DNA of 64,000 nucleotides from Cyanophora paradoxa CCMP329 (taxonomy: Eukaryota; Plantae; Glaucophyta). Numbering within the stretch: position 1 is the stretch's first letter; every line of letters begins with the position of its first letter. The stretch spans positions 1 to 64,000 of the forward strand of contig QPMI01000120.1 in the NCBI GenBank assembly GCA_004431415.1, in the 5' to 3' direction. Positions 12,201 through 24,100 of this stretch are shown here, in pieces. The notes beneath the pieces were generated by a model. That model worked only from the letters and a program-made list of their open reading frames with translations, did not search any database and was not told the origin of the DNA. Made by a program: the position numbers and the translations under genes.

Positions 12201-13135
12201 CCCCCCGGCTGACGTCCGGCCAGTCGGGGGTGGACGGGAAGCGCCGGAGCCTGCAGAACCACTCGCGGGGGAGCGGCCCCTCCATGGCCACCGTCATCGG
12301 GGCGAGCCCCGTGGTGGACCCCGACCTCGACGCCGTGCGTGCCCGTACCCCCCCCATGGAGCTCCATCCCCGAATCGCATACCCCTGACGTCCCCTCGAA
12401 GGCGAGGGAGCTGAGGAAGGTGCGGGAGGCGCTGGGCGGGCCCGGGAAGCCTCTGCGCCCAGACGAGGTCGCCCCCCGCGTCGAGCGGTACCCCTGCCCC
12501 GCCCCGTGCCTATACCCCCCTCTCTTACGGGGGTACAGGCTCGTGAAGGACGTGGAGCGGAGCTCGGCGGCCCTCTCGCGTATCGAACCCGTCCTCTCCT
12601 ACGTCAAGTCGGCCCTCCGCGCCCCGTACCCCTCTTTTTCTTTTCTTTTATTCCTTTCTTTTTCAAGCGCCGGGGCGTGCAGGACGGTGGAGGACATCGT
12701 GCCCTCCATGCGGGCCCTGGAGCGCTCGGCGGCGGGGCCGAGCGGGGGGTACAGGCCGGGGCGTGCGCCGTCGGTCTCAGACGTGACCGACGCGAGCTCG
12801 GAAGTGGCGCTGAGGCGGGCGGCGTGGGCGGCGGCGCCCGCCGGCTCCGCCCGCCGCGCCGAGGAGGCCTACCGCGCCGAGCGCGACGCCGGCCTCTCCT
12901 TCGTCTCCGAGGCGGGCCCCGTACCCCCTTCTTCCCCCCCCCCCGGTTCCTCCCCACTTCTCTCTTTCTTTCTAAGGGCGTGCAGGACACGGATTCGGTG
13001 TCGCTGGGGGCGGGCCGGGCGGGCGCAGGCGGGTCGGCGGGAGACTTTGCGGCGGCGATGCAGCGCTCGCGGCCGCACGCCGGCGACGCCGACGAGGGGG
13101 CGAGCGACCTCTCCGGATGGCTCTCTCTGACTTGA
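6281..13135 (+). CDS. CEP70: Centrosomal protein CEP70-like coiled-coil protein (many short introns)
   Basis: N-terminal WAHVNRVLAENGF, long coiled-coil exons, and C-terminal VSHFMHLFDV-RSLEG-VFPKMNEIYL..NNVLSVMRGMLGL, matching the conserved CEP70 C-terminal motif as I recall it (HFQKLFDV..GVYPRMNEVY). Confidence 0.8.
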
Positions 13136-13504
13136 TCGGCGCCGGCCGGCTGGCGCTCAGCTGGCGGCAAGCGCTGGCTGGCATCGTCTCCCAAGCCCCC
13201 AGGGGCTGATGGTGGTGGTTGTGTATGGTACCGATAGCGAAATGAAACAAGTGAGCGCGCGGCTGCGACGACTGCAAGATACGCTACAATAGAATACGGG
13301 ATGAGTCGATGGGGGGAAGGAATTCGAAGGGGAAGAAGGCCCGCCTACACCTTGAAACGAGGGAATGGGGAAAGGAATGTCGGGAAGCTCTCGATGAAAC
13401 CGAACAAAATCCCGGCGTAGCGCCGTGGAGGAAAGGAAGGAAGAAAGGAGAGGAGCAGAGGAAGATGGATGGGAAGGGCGGAAAGAAGCCGGCGCGGGCC
13501 GCCG

Positions 13505-14044
13505 CTATTCGCCGCGGTAGATGGCGATGTTGTTCTCCGTCTCCCAGATCTTGACCTGGCGGGCGGAAGAGAACAGGCACGGGTCAGGCGCACGCGGCAC
13601 GGGAAAGAGAGAGAGAGGAGAAGAAAGAGAGGAGAGCGGCGAACGAACCTGGTGGAGGATGCCGGCGGGGAGCAGGTCGCGGAGCTGGTTGAAGACGACG
13701 ACGGCGAGGTTCTCCGTCGTGGAGACGAGGCCCGTGTCGCGGAACGCCGGCACGTCCTTGTCGAGGTTCTTGTGGTCCATCTGCTCGAAGACGGCCTTGT
13801 GGATGGCCCGCTTCACGTCCACGAGGTTCATCACCATGCCAGTCACCGGGTCCACGGGACCGCGCAGCGTCACCTCCATCACGTAGTTGTGCCCGTGCCC
13901 GTTCGGGTTGTTGCACTTGCCATAGATCTCCCGGTTCTCCTCGTCGGAGAGCTTGGGGTTGTGCAGGCGGTGGCAAGCGCTGAACTGCTCGCGCCGCACG
14001 ATCTCCACGATGGGCGTGGCAACATGAGCCATGTCCGCGGGCAT
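13505..14044 (-). CDS. PTS: 6-pyruvoyl-tetrahydropterin synthase (animal-type PTPS), 2 coding exons; intron 13556-13648
   Basis: FSACHRLHNPKLSDEENREIYGKCNNPNGHGHNY (Zn-binding His residues, catalytic Cys), GMVMNL, DHKNLD, STTENLA, KIWETENN. The 93-nt GT-AG intron is stop-free and in frame. Confidence 0.95.
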   Translation of the reverse strand: MPADMAHVATPIVEIVRREQFSACHRLHNPKLSDEENREIYGKCNNPNGHGHNYVMEVTLRGPVDPVTGMVMNLVDVKRAIHKAVFEQMDHKNLDKDVPAFRDTGLVSTTENLAVVVFNQLRDLLPAGILHQVRSPLSSLSSPLSLFPVPRAPDPCLFSSARQVKIWETENNIAIYRGE

Positions 14045-14438
14045 CGAACCTGCAGCCGAACGGGGGCGACCTGCGCGCGCGCGCGTGTGAAGCCGGACAG
14101 CATCGAGGAGAAGCCGCCCAGCGCAGCCCCGCCGCAAGGCTCGCGCTGGCCTTGTGCACTAGAAGCAGCAGCGATGAGGCGCGGTGGGCGCGGCGCGCCG
14201 GCCGTGAATCGTCGCCGCGCAGGCCCACGTGCGGCCTGGACCGGACGGCAGGCACCCGGGGAGCCGCTCCCATCTAACCCTCACAGAGCGTGCACGGCTT
14301 TGCGCACCTGCTTGTTGCGGTGGCGAGGGCTTCGCTTTGACGCAGTCGTAACGCTGTACCCGGCGGAAGCGAGCGTAACGAGGAGCGTTCAAGCTCGCTG
14401 CGGCAAGGCGGCTTCGCTGACACCGACCCCACGCGGTA

Positions 14439-16909
14439 ATGGCAAAGAGCGGCAACAAGCGCAAAGCGGTGGCCTCGGCCGACGTGGACGCGGGAACTGG
14501 CGGCAACGCGGAGGTTGAGCCGGAGCCTGAGAATGGCAGCTCGTCGGCCGCCGCCGGCTCTTCGTCCGCGGGCGCCGGCCGGAAGCGCCGGCGGCGACCA
14601 GCGCCGGCATCAGAGGGCGAGAGGGCAGTCCAGCCACGGACCGCGTCAGACTTCTCGGCGCTAGAGTTGCTTCCAGACGAGCTGCTGAAGCGCATTATCG
14701 GCTTTCTGGGCCCGCGGGAAACGTGGGAGCTCTGCAGGCTCCCGCTCGTGTGCAGCCGGATGCGCGAGGTGCTCGCGTCGATCGAGTACGAGGGGCTCAT
14801 CCTCCGCGGGCAGCGCGTCGGGCTCTCGCGGTACCGTGACGTGGGCGAGGCCGAGCTCCGGCGCTGGGCGCAGCGCGTCCGCTCGGGCGCCATGCGGCTG
14901 GCCCCCGGCGCCGCGCTGGAGGTCGACATGCGGCCTCCGTCGCGCGGCATATACAGGCGAGCGCCGCGCCGCTTTGATTGTGCCCCCTCCTGAGTGCGCC
15001 TCCGCAGAGCCGAAGCCGATAAAATCCACTTCTCTCATTGGAGCCCGAAGCCAAGCAAGCCGTTCTTCTCCTTCGTCTCCTCCATCCAGGGCCTCCGTCG
15101 CTTCGTCGCCTGCCACGAGTACCACCCTCCCGCCCCCCCACCCCTTTCCGCTTGCCGAGCGGTACCCCCGCAGGGACGTGGCGCCCAACCGGCAGACCGT
15201 CCACACGAGTACCCCGGCGACGAAGACGCGGCACGTGTACGTCGCGGCGGTCCTAAAGGCCCTGGCGCCGGTGGCGGGGACCCTCGAGGAGCTCACCATC
15301 CGCCTCCAGACCCCTCACGAGAACGACTGCCGGCGCCTGCCCCGTTGCGTACCCCCCAAGTTTCCCCGAGACGCGTACCCCCCCCGAAACCCTCTCGCAG
15401 AGGGGGCGGCGCGCAAGGCGATCGTGGAAGGGCTGGGGCGCCTGACGGCCCTCCGGCGCCTCGACCTCGCCGACTGCATCGGCTTCTCCGGCAAGCTCCT
15501 GGACGAGGTCCGCGGTTCGGCTCCCGGCGGCGCCCCTTTTCTCACCGCCGGGGTACAGGTCGCGCCGGCGCTGGGCGGGCTGCGGGCCCTGCGGCTCGCG
15601 CACCGGGAGGCGGAGGGGTACGAGGAACCGGACGAGTACGCGTCCTCGTGCCGGTCCCTCGCCTTCGCCGTCGAGCGCCTCTGCCCCCTCCTCGAGGTCC
15701 GCCCCCCGCTCCCGTCGCCCTGTACCCCCTTGCGCGACCGTACTCCTCCCCGCCTTCTCCCAGGAGCTTTGGGCGGTCTTCGGCTGCTTGTCAGGCTCGT
15801 GGCGCCTCTTCGACGCGTCTGCGCTCGCATCGCTGGGGCGCCTGCCGCTCCTTCGGTCCTTCACCGTTCGCGCGAACTACCGTACCCTCCCCGAGGCACG
15901 CCACCCGGGCCCTCGCCTTTGCCCCTACCCCTCGTCTTCTCACCCCCCCCTCCAGTTCGCCTCCACGCGGCTGGATACCCTCGAGTTGAGTACCCCCAAG
16001 TTCAGCCAGGATGGGCCCGGCCTCGGTCTCCTGCGTGACGCCGCCCTCATCGCGCGCCCCTACCCCCCCTCCCCCGTCCCGCCCTTTTCGAGCCGGCTCG
16101 CAGGGGAGCCTTCGGGATCTGACCCTGCGCGGGGGTTTCCGCGACTGGACGAGCTTCGCCTCCGCCCCGAAGGTGCCGTACCCCCCCCAGTTCCGCACCC
16201 CCCATGTGATCCCGTACCCCCCTGACCCGCCGCGCATCAGCTGCTCTCGCAGCTGCGGTCCCTATCGCTCCTGAAGTGCGCGTCCCGGCCCCGGCCCCTA
16301 GAAAGTGGCGGATCGTCTTAGGGGGGTACGCCGCGCAGGGCCGCGGAGCCTAATCCCGTGTGCCTGGCCCTGCTCCCTCGCTTCTCGGCCCTGGAGCGGC
16401 TCTCGGTCGGCCTGTCGAGCTTCCAATGCTTCACGGCGCTGGCGGACGCGCTGCCCGCGGTCCCCGCGCTCCGTTCGCTCTTCCTGAGCGTCTCGACCTC
16501 CAGCCATCGCCCCGAGTCCAACCAAGCGGCGGGGCGCACCGCCGTCGCCGCCCTCCTCCGTGCCGCCAGGGCGCGCGCCCCCCGTCCGTCCTCGTCTAAT
16601 CCTTTCCTGAGCTGATTGCTGTAACCCCAGGACACGCTGGAGGAGTACGATCGGGACCATCTGTACCCCAGCATGGAGGAGAGCGGGGCGCTGGCGGCGT
16701 GCACGCGCCTGCGGCGGGCGTCGCTGACGCTGGCGGAGCCGGCCGAGCTCGTGGCCGCCGGGAACCTCCACGCCCTCGCCCCGCTCGCCTCCGTCGCCGC
16801 CCGCCCCGCCCCGGCCCGGGGGGACCTCGTTCTCGCTCGGGGCCTGCTGGACACGTCGGACTGGGGCGCCGTCGGCCCCCTCCTCGGCGCCCGCTGGCTC
16901 CTCGTGTAG
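14439..16909 (+). CDS. F-box / leucine-rich-repeat protein (multi-exon)
   Basis: F-box LELLPDELLKRIIGFL..RLPLVCSRMREV, followed by LRR-like units (LTALRRLDLADC, LGGLRALRL, LPLLRSFTV, FPRLDELRL, FSALERLSV, VPALRSLFL, CTRLRRASL). Stop at 16909. Confidence 0.8.
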
Positions 16910-17691
16910 GGCGAATCCGCGCGCCTTCGAGATTCGATCAATCCCCCCCCGTTCTTCCCCTCCCCCCCCCCGAGTCCCCATGTACCCCTCCAGGACTTTT
17001 CTTCCGTACCCCTGTGGTGAACGAGCTCCCGCATTCCCCGATGAGGCCAATTGCAAGGGCCAGGACCCCCCCCCCCCCCTCCCCCCCCCCCCCCCCCCAA
17101 AAAAAACCACCGCGTCTTCTCCCGCCCCCTCCTTTATGTCTGCGGCTGCGCACGTGCGCAGTATTCCGGCCAGGGCTCCGCCTCCCGCTGAGCTCGAGGC
17201 TTCCGCTTAGAGCTAGAATTGGCCAGTATACGTAAAAATCGAGAGGAATCGGTAGCGTCGGCATGCACGGGCCTAGAGGCCCAGATTCTTTGGGATTGAG
17301 GGGTCGACGAGCCGCGTCCTTAGAGGCGACGTCCCGCTGCCGCGCCTGTTCCCGCACGCAACAAATCTTAAGCTTGCGAATCGGCCTTGGGGGAAAGGAG
17401 ATGTAGGAGGGAGCTCGAGGAAGGCCCTTAGGTAGGCGTGTATCTCTGTCCGAAAAGAAGCTACTCCGGATCCTTTTTGCCCGAAAAAGCGGCTAGCCCC
17501 CCAAAGTCATTTATAATTATCTCGTTGCGGCGCGCGACGTCGACGCTGGCACGTGCATGCACGGAGGGGGCGGGGAGTCCCTTGCCTTCGGGGCCCTGCA
17601 GCTGGGCGGGCCCGGGGGGCGGCTCTAGCCCTAAAGCTTGAGCTCCGAGAGCCTTCATCGTCCGAGCTCCAGAGCCTTCGCTACAGCGCGT

Positions 17692-18687
17692 CTAGAGGAG
17701 CGGGGCGGGGTGGCGGTCCGCGAGGGCGGCCTCGAGCTCGCCGGCGAAGGCGCCGTCGGCCTCCGCCCCGAACACCTCCGCCAGCGCCCCGTCCCCCCCC
17801 TGCCGCCGCTCAGCCCCGGCGGGCCGCCGAGGGGGGTGCGAACCTCGAGGGCGGCCCCGGCGGCCTCGTCGGCCTCCGCCTCCGCCGCGTAGGCCACGAG
17901 CGTCTCCGCGTCGAGCTGCGCGCCGCTGAACTGCGTCGTTCCCGGCCCTACGTAGTCCGGACCCTGATCGTGAGTGAACCAGCTGAACCAGCCCTTGCCT
18001 GCGCACTCGGAGTCCGTCGGGGACTGCCAGGCTGCTGCAATCGCAAGGCATCGCTAGGAACGAAATCGCACCTCTACAGCGCTCGATGTAGGCGCTTCGC
18101 CCAGACAAGTGGCCGGGCAGGGGACCTTGGCCGCCGCGGCGTCAGGGGGGCGGGAGCCGCTGAGCGGGCCGGCAGCAGGGACGTGCGAGGGTGGGGGACC
18201 CACCCCGACAGCAGTGAACGTTTTCTTTAACATCGCCTTCCTTCCTCACCGCCCACGTGGATCCTGCCGGGCGTAGTGCGCGGTTCAGGATGCGTTGACG
18301 GGCGGGCAAGTGGATAGCACCCTTGGGGCAGCAGATGCCCTTCTCAAAATAGTGACTTTTGGACGCTGTCACGTCGTACAGTACGGCGCTGAAGTCGGTC
18401 TCCTTGCTCTCTGTGGCATCGCCCGTGTGCTGCGCCGGGTCGATCAATATTGCGCCGCGCGCGCTGGCACGCGCCAGCCGCGAGCTGCATGCGCAGCCGC
18501 AGATGCATATGCGCACCCTCGAAACAAAGATTTTGGTAGGGATCCCAGAACTTTGTTTGGAGCTTGATCGGCCGAACCCGATGTTATCCACGGTCGGGTC
18601 CGCGATACCACGTGCCTCAGGCCTGATGATGGTGCCCGCGCCAGGACCACCCATGAGGGCATCGCAAGTTGAGAGCCTCGCCGCCAT
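17692..18687 (-). CDS. Hypothetical multi-exon gene or pseudogene, Cys-containing
   Basis: Splice-compatible segments with coding-like content (HYFEKGICCPK|GSTWAVRKEGDVKENVHCC; WQSPTDSECAGKGWFSWFTHDQGPDYVG..ETLVAYAAEAE). No family recognised and both ends are uncertain. Confidence 0.35.
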
Positions 18688-19189
18688 CCGATGATAGCTT
18701 ACTCTGCGTTCGAAGCTCGGCCGGTAGCTCAGCGGCTGAAGCTTGGCCGGTTGAAGGCGCACCGAACTTTAATGCTTCAGAGCACCCACGGTGCACCGAT
18801 CGACGCTGCTCAAAGCAAGTTGATCAGCGCTTCAAGAGCTTCACAGCACCGAGCTTAAGAGCTTCAAAGCACTGATCGGCACTCGCCTGTCAACGTTAAC
18901 GTCGTTAACGTTGGATCCGGACCGTCGACGTCGGACCAGTGACACCAGTGTTGGTCAGCGGCAGGGTACAGCTAAAGCTTTTTGCGCAACTCCTCAGGAG
19001 GTACCGAATACGGGGTACAGCTAAAGCTTTTTTAAGCGTGCAGCTACAGCCTACAGGCTACAGCCTACAGCTAGACAGGGGGCGACATCGACCGCGAGGG
19101 TGGGGTACAAGCAATCAAAGCGGGGTACACATCAATACTCAACTCGGAACTAACTCAAGCCGCAGCCAGATCGAGCATCAGGCTTGTTC

Positions 19190-19262
19190 GCAAGCTCGTA
19201 GAGCTTTAGTTCAAGCTCGAAGAGCTATAGTTCAAGCTCGCAGAGCTTCAGCTCAAGCTCAA
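19190..19262. repeat. ~21-bp imperfect tandem repeat (ttcaagctcgNagagct..) x3
   Basis: caagctcgtagagctttagt / tcaagctcgaagagctatagt / tcaagctcgcagagcttcagc, read directly. Confidence 0.75.
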
Positions 19263-19417
19263 TTACAAGGCAGAGCGCTAGCCCATGCATCGCAAGCTTC
19301 GTGCACGTGGCTCAGGCTCCGAGGCTCAAGCTCATAGCTCAAGCCACAACGGCTTGCGCCGAACTTTTGGCCGAATTCGAAGGCCACCAACTTATTTAGC
19401 GTGCAGCTAGTGCCAGC

Positions 19418-19959
19418 CAGTGATCATGATGGCTGGGTTATTGATAACATATTTTAGCAACCATTATTTTAACCCAGGTATTTTGATTATTGATATCGAT
19501 CGATAGTGCATGGTGCCGAATTCCAGGGGTAATTGATAGCACCGCTAATATAATGGGGGTACGGTGCAAATATCCCATTTTCCTCGCGGATCAACGCGCA
19601 GAAACGATTACGAATGACAGCAGAACGTTCTAGAATGCTGTAAGACACCAGGGAAAAGCTAGCAGGCTCTGATACGACGGATGCCGGATGACAACCCCTC
19701 GTCTTTCTGCCTGTAGACTTAAGAAAGCTTCTATGAGCTGGTCAGCAGCGTTTAATTGCTTTGCAATTGGATAGTGGATGAGAGAGCGTTCTGAACAGTT
19801 TGGCGACGTTTCTGCACTGTCCGAGCGGGGTTTCTATGGCGCGGGTGGGGGTGGTTATCGATAACATATGGTGTCATAATTATAATATAAAATAATTGTG
19901 CTAAAGATTATCAATAGCGGTACGTCACGATTCGCCAAGAATTAATAATACCATCACTG
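19418..19959. mobile_element. Non-autonomous hAT-type DNA transposon (MITE), 542 bp
   Basis: Exact 8-bp TSD gtgccagc at 19410-19417 and 19960-19967. Termini are cagtga[tcatga]tgg and ccatcactg, with subterminal inverted similarity (tattgataa..tttagca..attatttta). The interior is AT-rich and non-coding. An 8-bp TSD with CAG.. termini is typical of hAT. Confidence 0.85.
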
Positions 19960-21163
19960 GTGCCAGCTACAGGCTACAGCCGCTGCAGCTGAGCCTACAC
20001 TGGCCCTACAGCCTACAGGCTTTGTCAGGCTACCGTAGACTGGTCCGTAGTACAGGGCTACTACATGCAGGCTGTACAGCCTACAGCTAGGGGGCCCGTA
20101 CCGGTATTCTGCGGCCGCGGGCTTCCCGGTCCGAATCGTTCCGATCGCGAAGTTCGTCGTGCGCGTGCGCACTGGCAGCACTGCGCACTGCCGCAGTGCG
20201 CATGCGCCCGCGGCCGCCGGCCGGGCCCCCGCGCAGCTGCAGCCTGCAGGCTGCAGCCTGCGCATGCACCGTCGCGGCACTGCGGCACTGCGGCAGGGCG
20301 CGGCGCCGCCGCGCCGCGGCCTACCGTAGTACGGTATACGGTTAGGGTACTAGTAGTTTTACTCGCTTTTCGCGGAGTCCGGAAGCTAACGTAGCACGCG
20401 CCTGCCAACTTCAAGTGCCAAGCGGGCTGCGGCGCCAGCGAGCGCGAGCCTCGGAGCTTGAGCCTTGAGGGCGCGGCGCGGGGTCGGAGCCAGCGACGGG
20501 CGGAGCTGTGCGAAAGTTCGGTACGTATACACGGCGCTATTACACGCGCACACGTCGCGCAGTCGGCCGTCAGAGCATCCGCGCAGGTGAGAGGGTGTGA
20601 CTCCGTGTGAGAGGACAAACACGCAGCTGACGCCGCTCCCATGTACAGCTGACGCGGATATGCGCATGCGCAGCGCCTATAGCTACTATAGCTAGCTATA
20701 GGACTGCATGCGCAGCTCAAGACCCAATCATCCGGCGCGCGGCGCAGCCGTCGGCGCGGCTACGTATATATATACGCAGCTAAATGCGCTGACCTTAGCT
20801 CAGCAGCCAAAGCATCAGCAGCCAAAGCATCAGCAGCTAAAGCCGGAGGCGGCGTATTCTGGATCCAGCCAGCTGCCAGGCTGCAGACATCTCTAGATCT
20901 TCGGGGCTAGGCTCACCGCGAATCGACCTCAGCTGCTCAGCAGTGTCAGCACCGCAAAGCGCTAGCCAGGCCCAGCTTGCAAGTTAGCTCTACCCGCACG
21001 CGTCCGCGGGGGGGCTTCAGGATCAGGCGGAAGCGGCGGATATCGATTAGCTATAGCTGCAGGCGGCGGCGCGATGGCCGCGGCCGGCGGCGCATCCCGC
21101 TGCCCCCGTGCATTTCCTGGCGAGCTAGAGCATCCGGACGCGCACCCGAGCCCGCCGCTGGCC

Positions 21164-24100
21164 ATGGAGAGCGTCGGCGCTAGCGCTCGAGCTTTCCAAC
21201 CGCAGGCGGCGCCCAGCTCCGACTACGTATACAGCAGCCCCGGCCAGCTCCAGCGATGTACAGAAAGCTTGGCTGAGCGCTCCCTGCATCCTAATGCACC
21301 CGCAGCGTGTCGGAGAACGCGGGCCTGCGCGCGCGTGTGCAGCGGCCACAGCGGCGCGCGCCGGCGGCCGCGGGCCCCCTTCGACGAGCGCGCGAGGGCG
21401 CTCCCCTGCCAGCAGAGCTTCGAATTCGTCAGAAAGCCTCGCCTCTTTTACAGCTCGGATTCGAATTCGAAGGCGCGCGGCGGTCCCGAGTCAAGGCCGC
21501 GCCGCAGATCTAGAGAGGGTCCGTCGCCAGCTGCAGCGTCGGCTCCTCTTCTACCTCGCCGCTTTTCTCCTCGCGCCGAGCCTCGAGGGCCCGCCTGGAT
21601 CGTATTTCGCGACTGCGGCCAGGCCCGATGCCAGCACGGGTGCGAGCCTCTTTTCTGCGAGAGAACTCTGGGCTCTTCCTTACGCCGGCGTGCGCAGGCC
21701 TCCGCTTCACGGACCGGCCGTTCGCGGCCCAGAGCATTCCGCTGTACAGCATCTCGACGCCCTTCACGATGGAGATCTGGTGGGTTCTTTCAATCTTTAG
21801 AGCTTTCAACTGTATACGCAGCTCGATTTGCAGTCGGTGCAGGCTGACGTCCGACGGTCGCCCGGCCACAGGGTGAAGTTTACGTCGTCGAGCGCGAGGA
21901 CGATCGGGCGGCACATCGTCAAGCTGATGTCCTCCGGCGGATCGGACTTCGTGCGTCGCTCTCGCTGGATCACTCTGCGGCGTGTTCAAAAAAAGGCTAG
22001 CGCTCACCGAGCAGCTGTTTCGCAGCGCATTATGACATGTCCTGAAGACATTCCGACAATATGTACGCGGTATAGCTGGGGACCCTTCCTGAATTTGATA
22101 ACGAAGATCTCTTGCGATGGCAACGGCCGAATCCCCTTTATTTTCTATTGCAGCATGTGCGGATTCAACGGGTGCTCTTCATTACTCTAAATCTTTCGTG
22201 TTTACATTACTTTTCCTTGCTGACTGGTGCGAAGTATTGCTTCTCGGGTGATCTTCACGGGTGGATGCGGATTGAACGAGAACGATTGGACGGTCAGCTC
22301 GCTCCTCGCATGCGCACGGAGTCCACTCGACCTCTCTGACTCTGCGGCGTTTCGCGATCGGGCCGCAGCACCTTGTGATTTCGTGGGACCAGAACGGCAA
22401 CATCGGCTTCTACAGGAACGTGCGCCTCATTCCGAGCCCTTCCCTCGGATTCCCTATCATATCGAGGGGCAGGGCGAGGACCTCGGGTGGTTCGCGTCGA
22501 TCAACGACGGCGGCCCGATCAACCGGAAGTTTGACTACACGGACATCGACGCCGCAATGAGCTTCTCTTCCGACATCGCGTCGGCCTACCTGGGAGGTGA
22601 CCCCCAGAACGACTTCCTTGGGGGTGGGCCGGACGCCGCCACCAACGAAGGGACCTCCATCACCTGGGCCTGGCTCTCGGGCTTCAGGATGTGGAGCAGG
22701 TCTTTTGAGCATAGCGATGTTTTGAAAATGTACGGTCTCTGGCCGGGCAATCAACTCTCGGGGACGCGCTCGCTCGATCTGCAGATGGATCTGGTCCCCG
22801 GTGCCCGACCCTTCGCCTCGAGCCCGCGGCCGACGCCCCTCGCAGATCGACTGCAGCTACAGTCCCGCACGCAACCGCTTGAAAGACAGATCGGGGTAAG
22901 CACTGATGTCGACGGATGCCGGCATCTGATTTGACTGATTCGGCCCTCCAACGCGCAGCAACGGCAGGCACACGAGCGTCTCGTTGGACCTGTCCCTGGA
23001 CTGCCCGTCCCCCGTGCCCCCCAGTTACGGTCCGCTCCATTCACTCGCGATAAACACGTACGGTAGAAGCGGGGCATCTAAGTTGGCGGGCGTCAGGCGC
23101 CACCTTCGGGACTGCTGGAGGGTTCGCAGGGCCGCGATCAATCTCCCTGCCCTCCTTCACTGTGGGGAGCTCCTCGAATCTTGTGATCGAGTTCTGGTGC
23201 GGCGTTCGATGGACTCCGACCCTTGGAGCTGTATGTAACTGTCGGCGCTCGGCAGGATCAGACCGTTTGCTGCTCAGGCCAACGGCGCGCGAATCCTCGA
23301 TTGGGGCAACCCGCCGACGATGACGAAATACAACGTCGACTCGTTCGTGCGTCTTCTCACGCCTCACGTCTTCCTGCATCTGCAATACTAATGGCGACCT
23401 GATCTTGCCTGCAGATCATTTCCATGTGTCCATACGGCTCCTGCAGCGTGAGCGCCTCCGTTATCCACCTTGCGCCCTATAATGCTGACCCTGGTCTGCC
23501 CAGGTCACGCAGGGGAATTACGCGCTCAGGATACAGCTGTTCCAAGGCACGCAGCAAATTGAGTCTTTTACCGTCTTTCAAGGCTCGACGGGCATACAGG
23601 TGCGAGCGTTCCCGGCCTGCTCCCGCCCCTCCTTCTGATCCCAGCCCGCCAGCTGAACGCCTGGAGCTACGTCGTCCTCTGTTGGGGGGCGCGGGACGGG
23701 AGCGGGTACAGTAGCTTCACGTCGTACCTCAACGGGGGGCTCGTCGACTCGATGACGCGGCTGGCCATCCCCAGCGTCCTGCGCACGTCCAACTTCATCG
23801 GGCATCCGAACGAGTGGGTGCGATCCTCTCAGAGCTTTATTTCAGCTGCGTCTTCGAAGCAAAGCTGTGCAGGGCCAAGCGCACCTGACGGGCGCGACGC
23901 TGGCGAACCTGTGGCTCTGGCGCGGCGCCCCGCTCGAAATGGACGTCGCCCTCGACTACTATGGCGTCTCCGACTCGACCCGCCGTCGCTCCTACGGCTT
24001 GACCAGCGAGAAGTACACGCGGATGGTGTTCCAGTACCCGCTCTCCGACTGCTCGACGGCGGGGGTGCGCCCTCCTTTTTCTCCTACTTGTCAAACGCGC

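Noticed and set aside
18919-18936. ggaccgtc[gacgtc]ggac as the TIR partner of cagtccgacggtcc at 52309
   Set aside because: There is only a 12-bp match after removing a footprint, the two ends face away from each other, and there is no TSD support.
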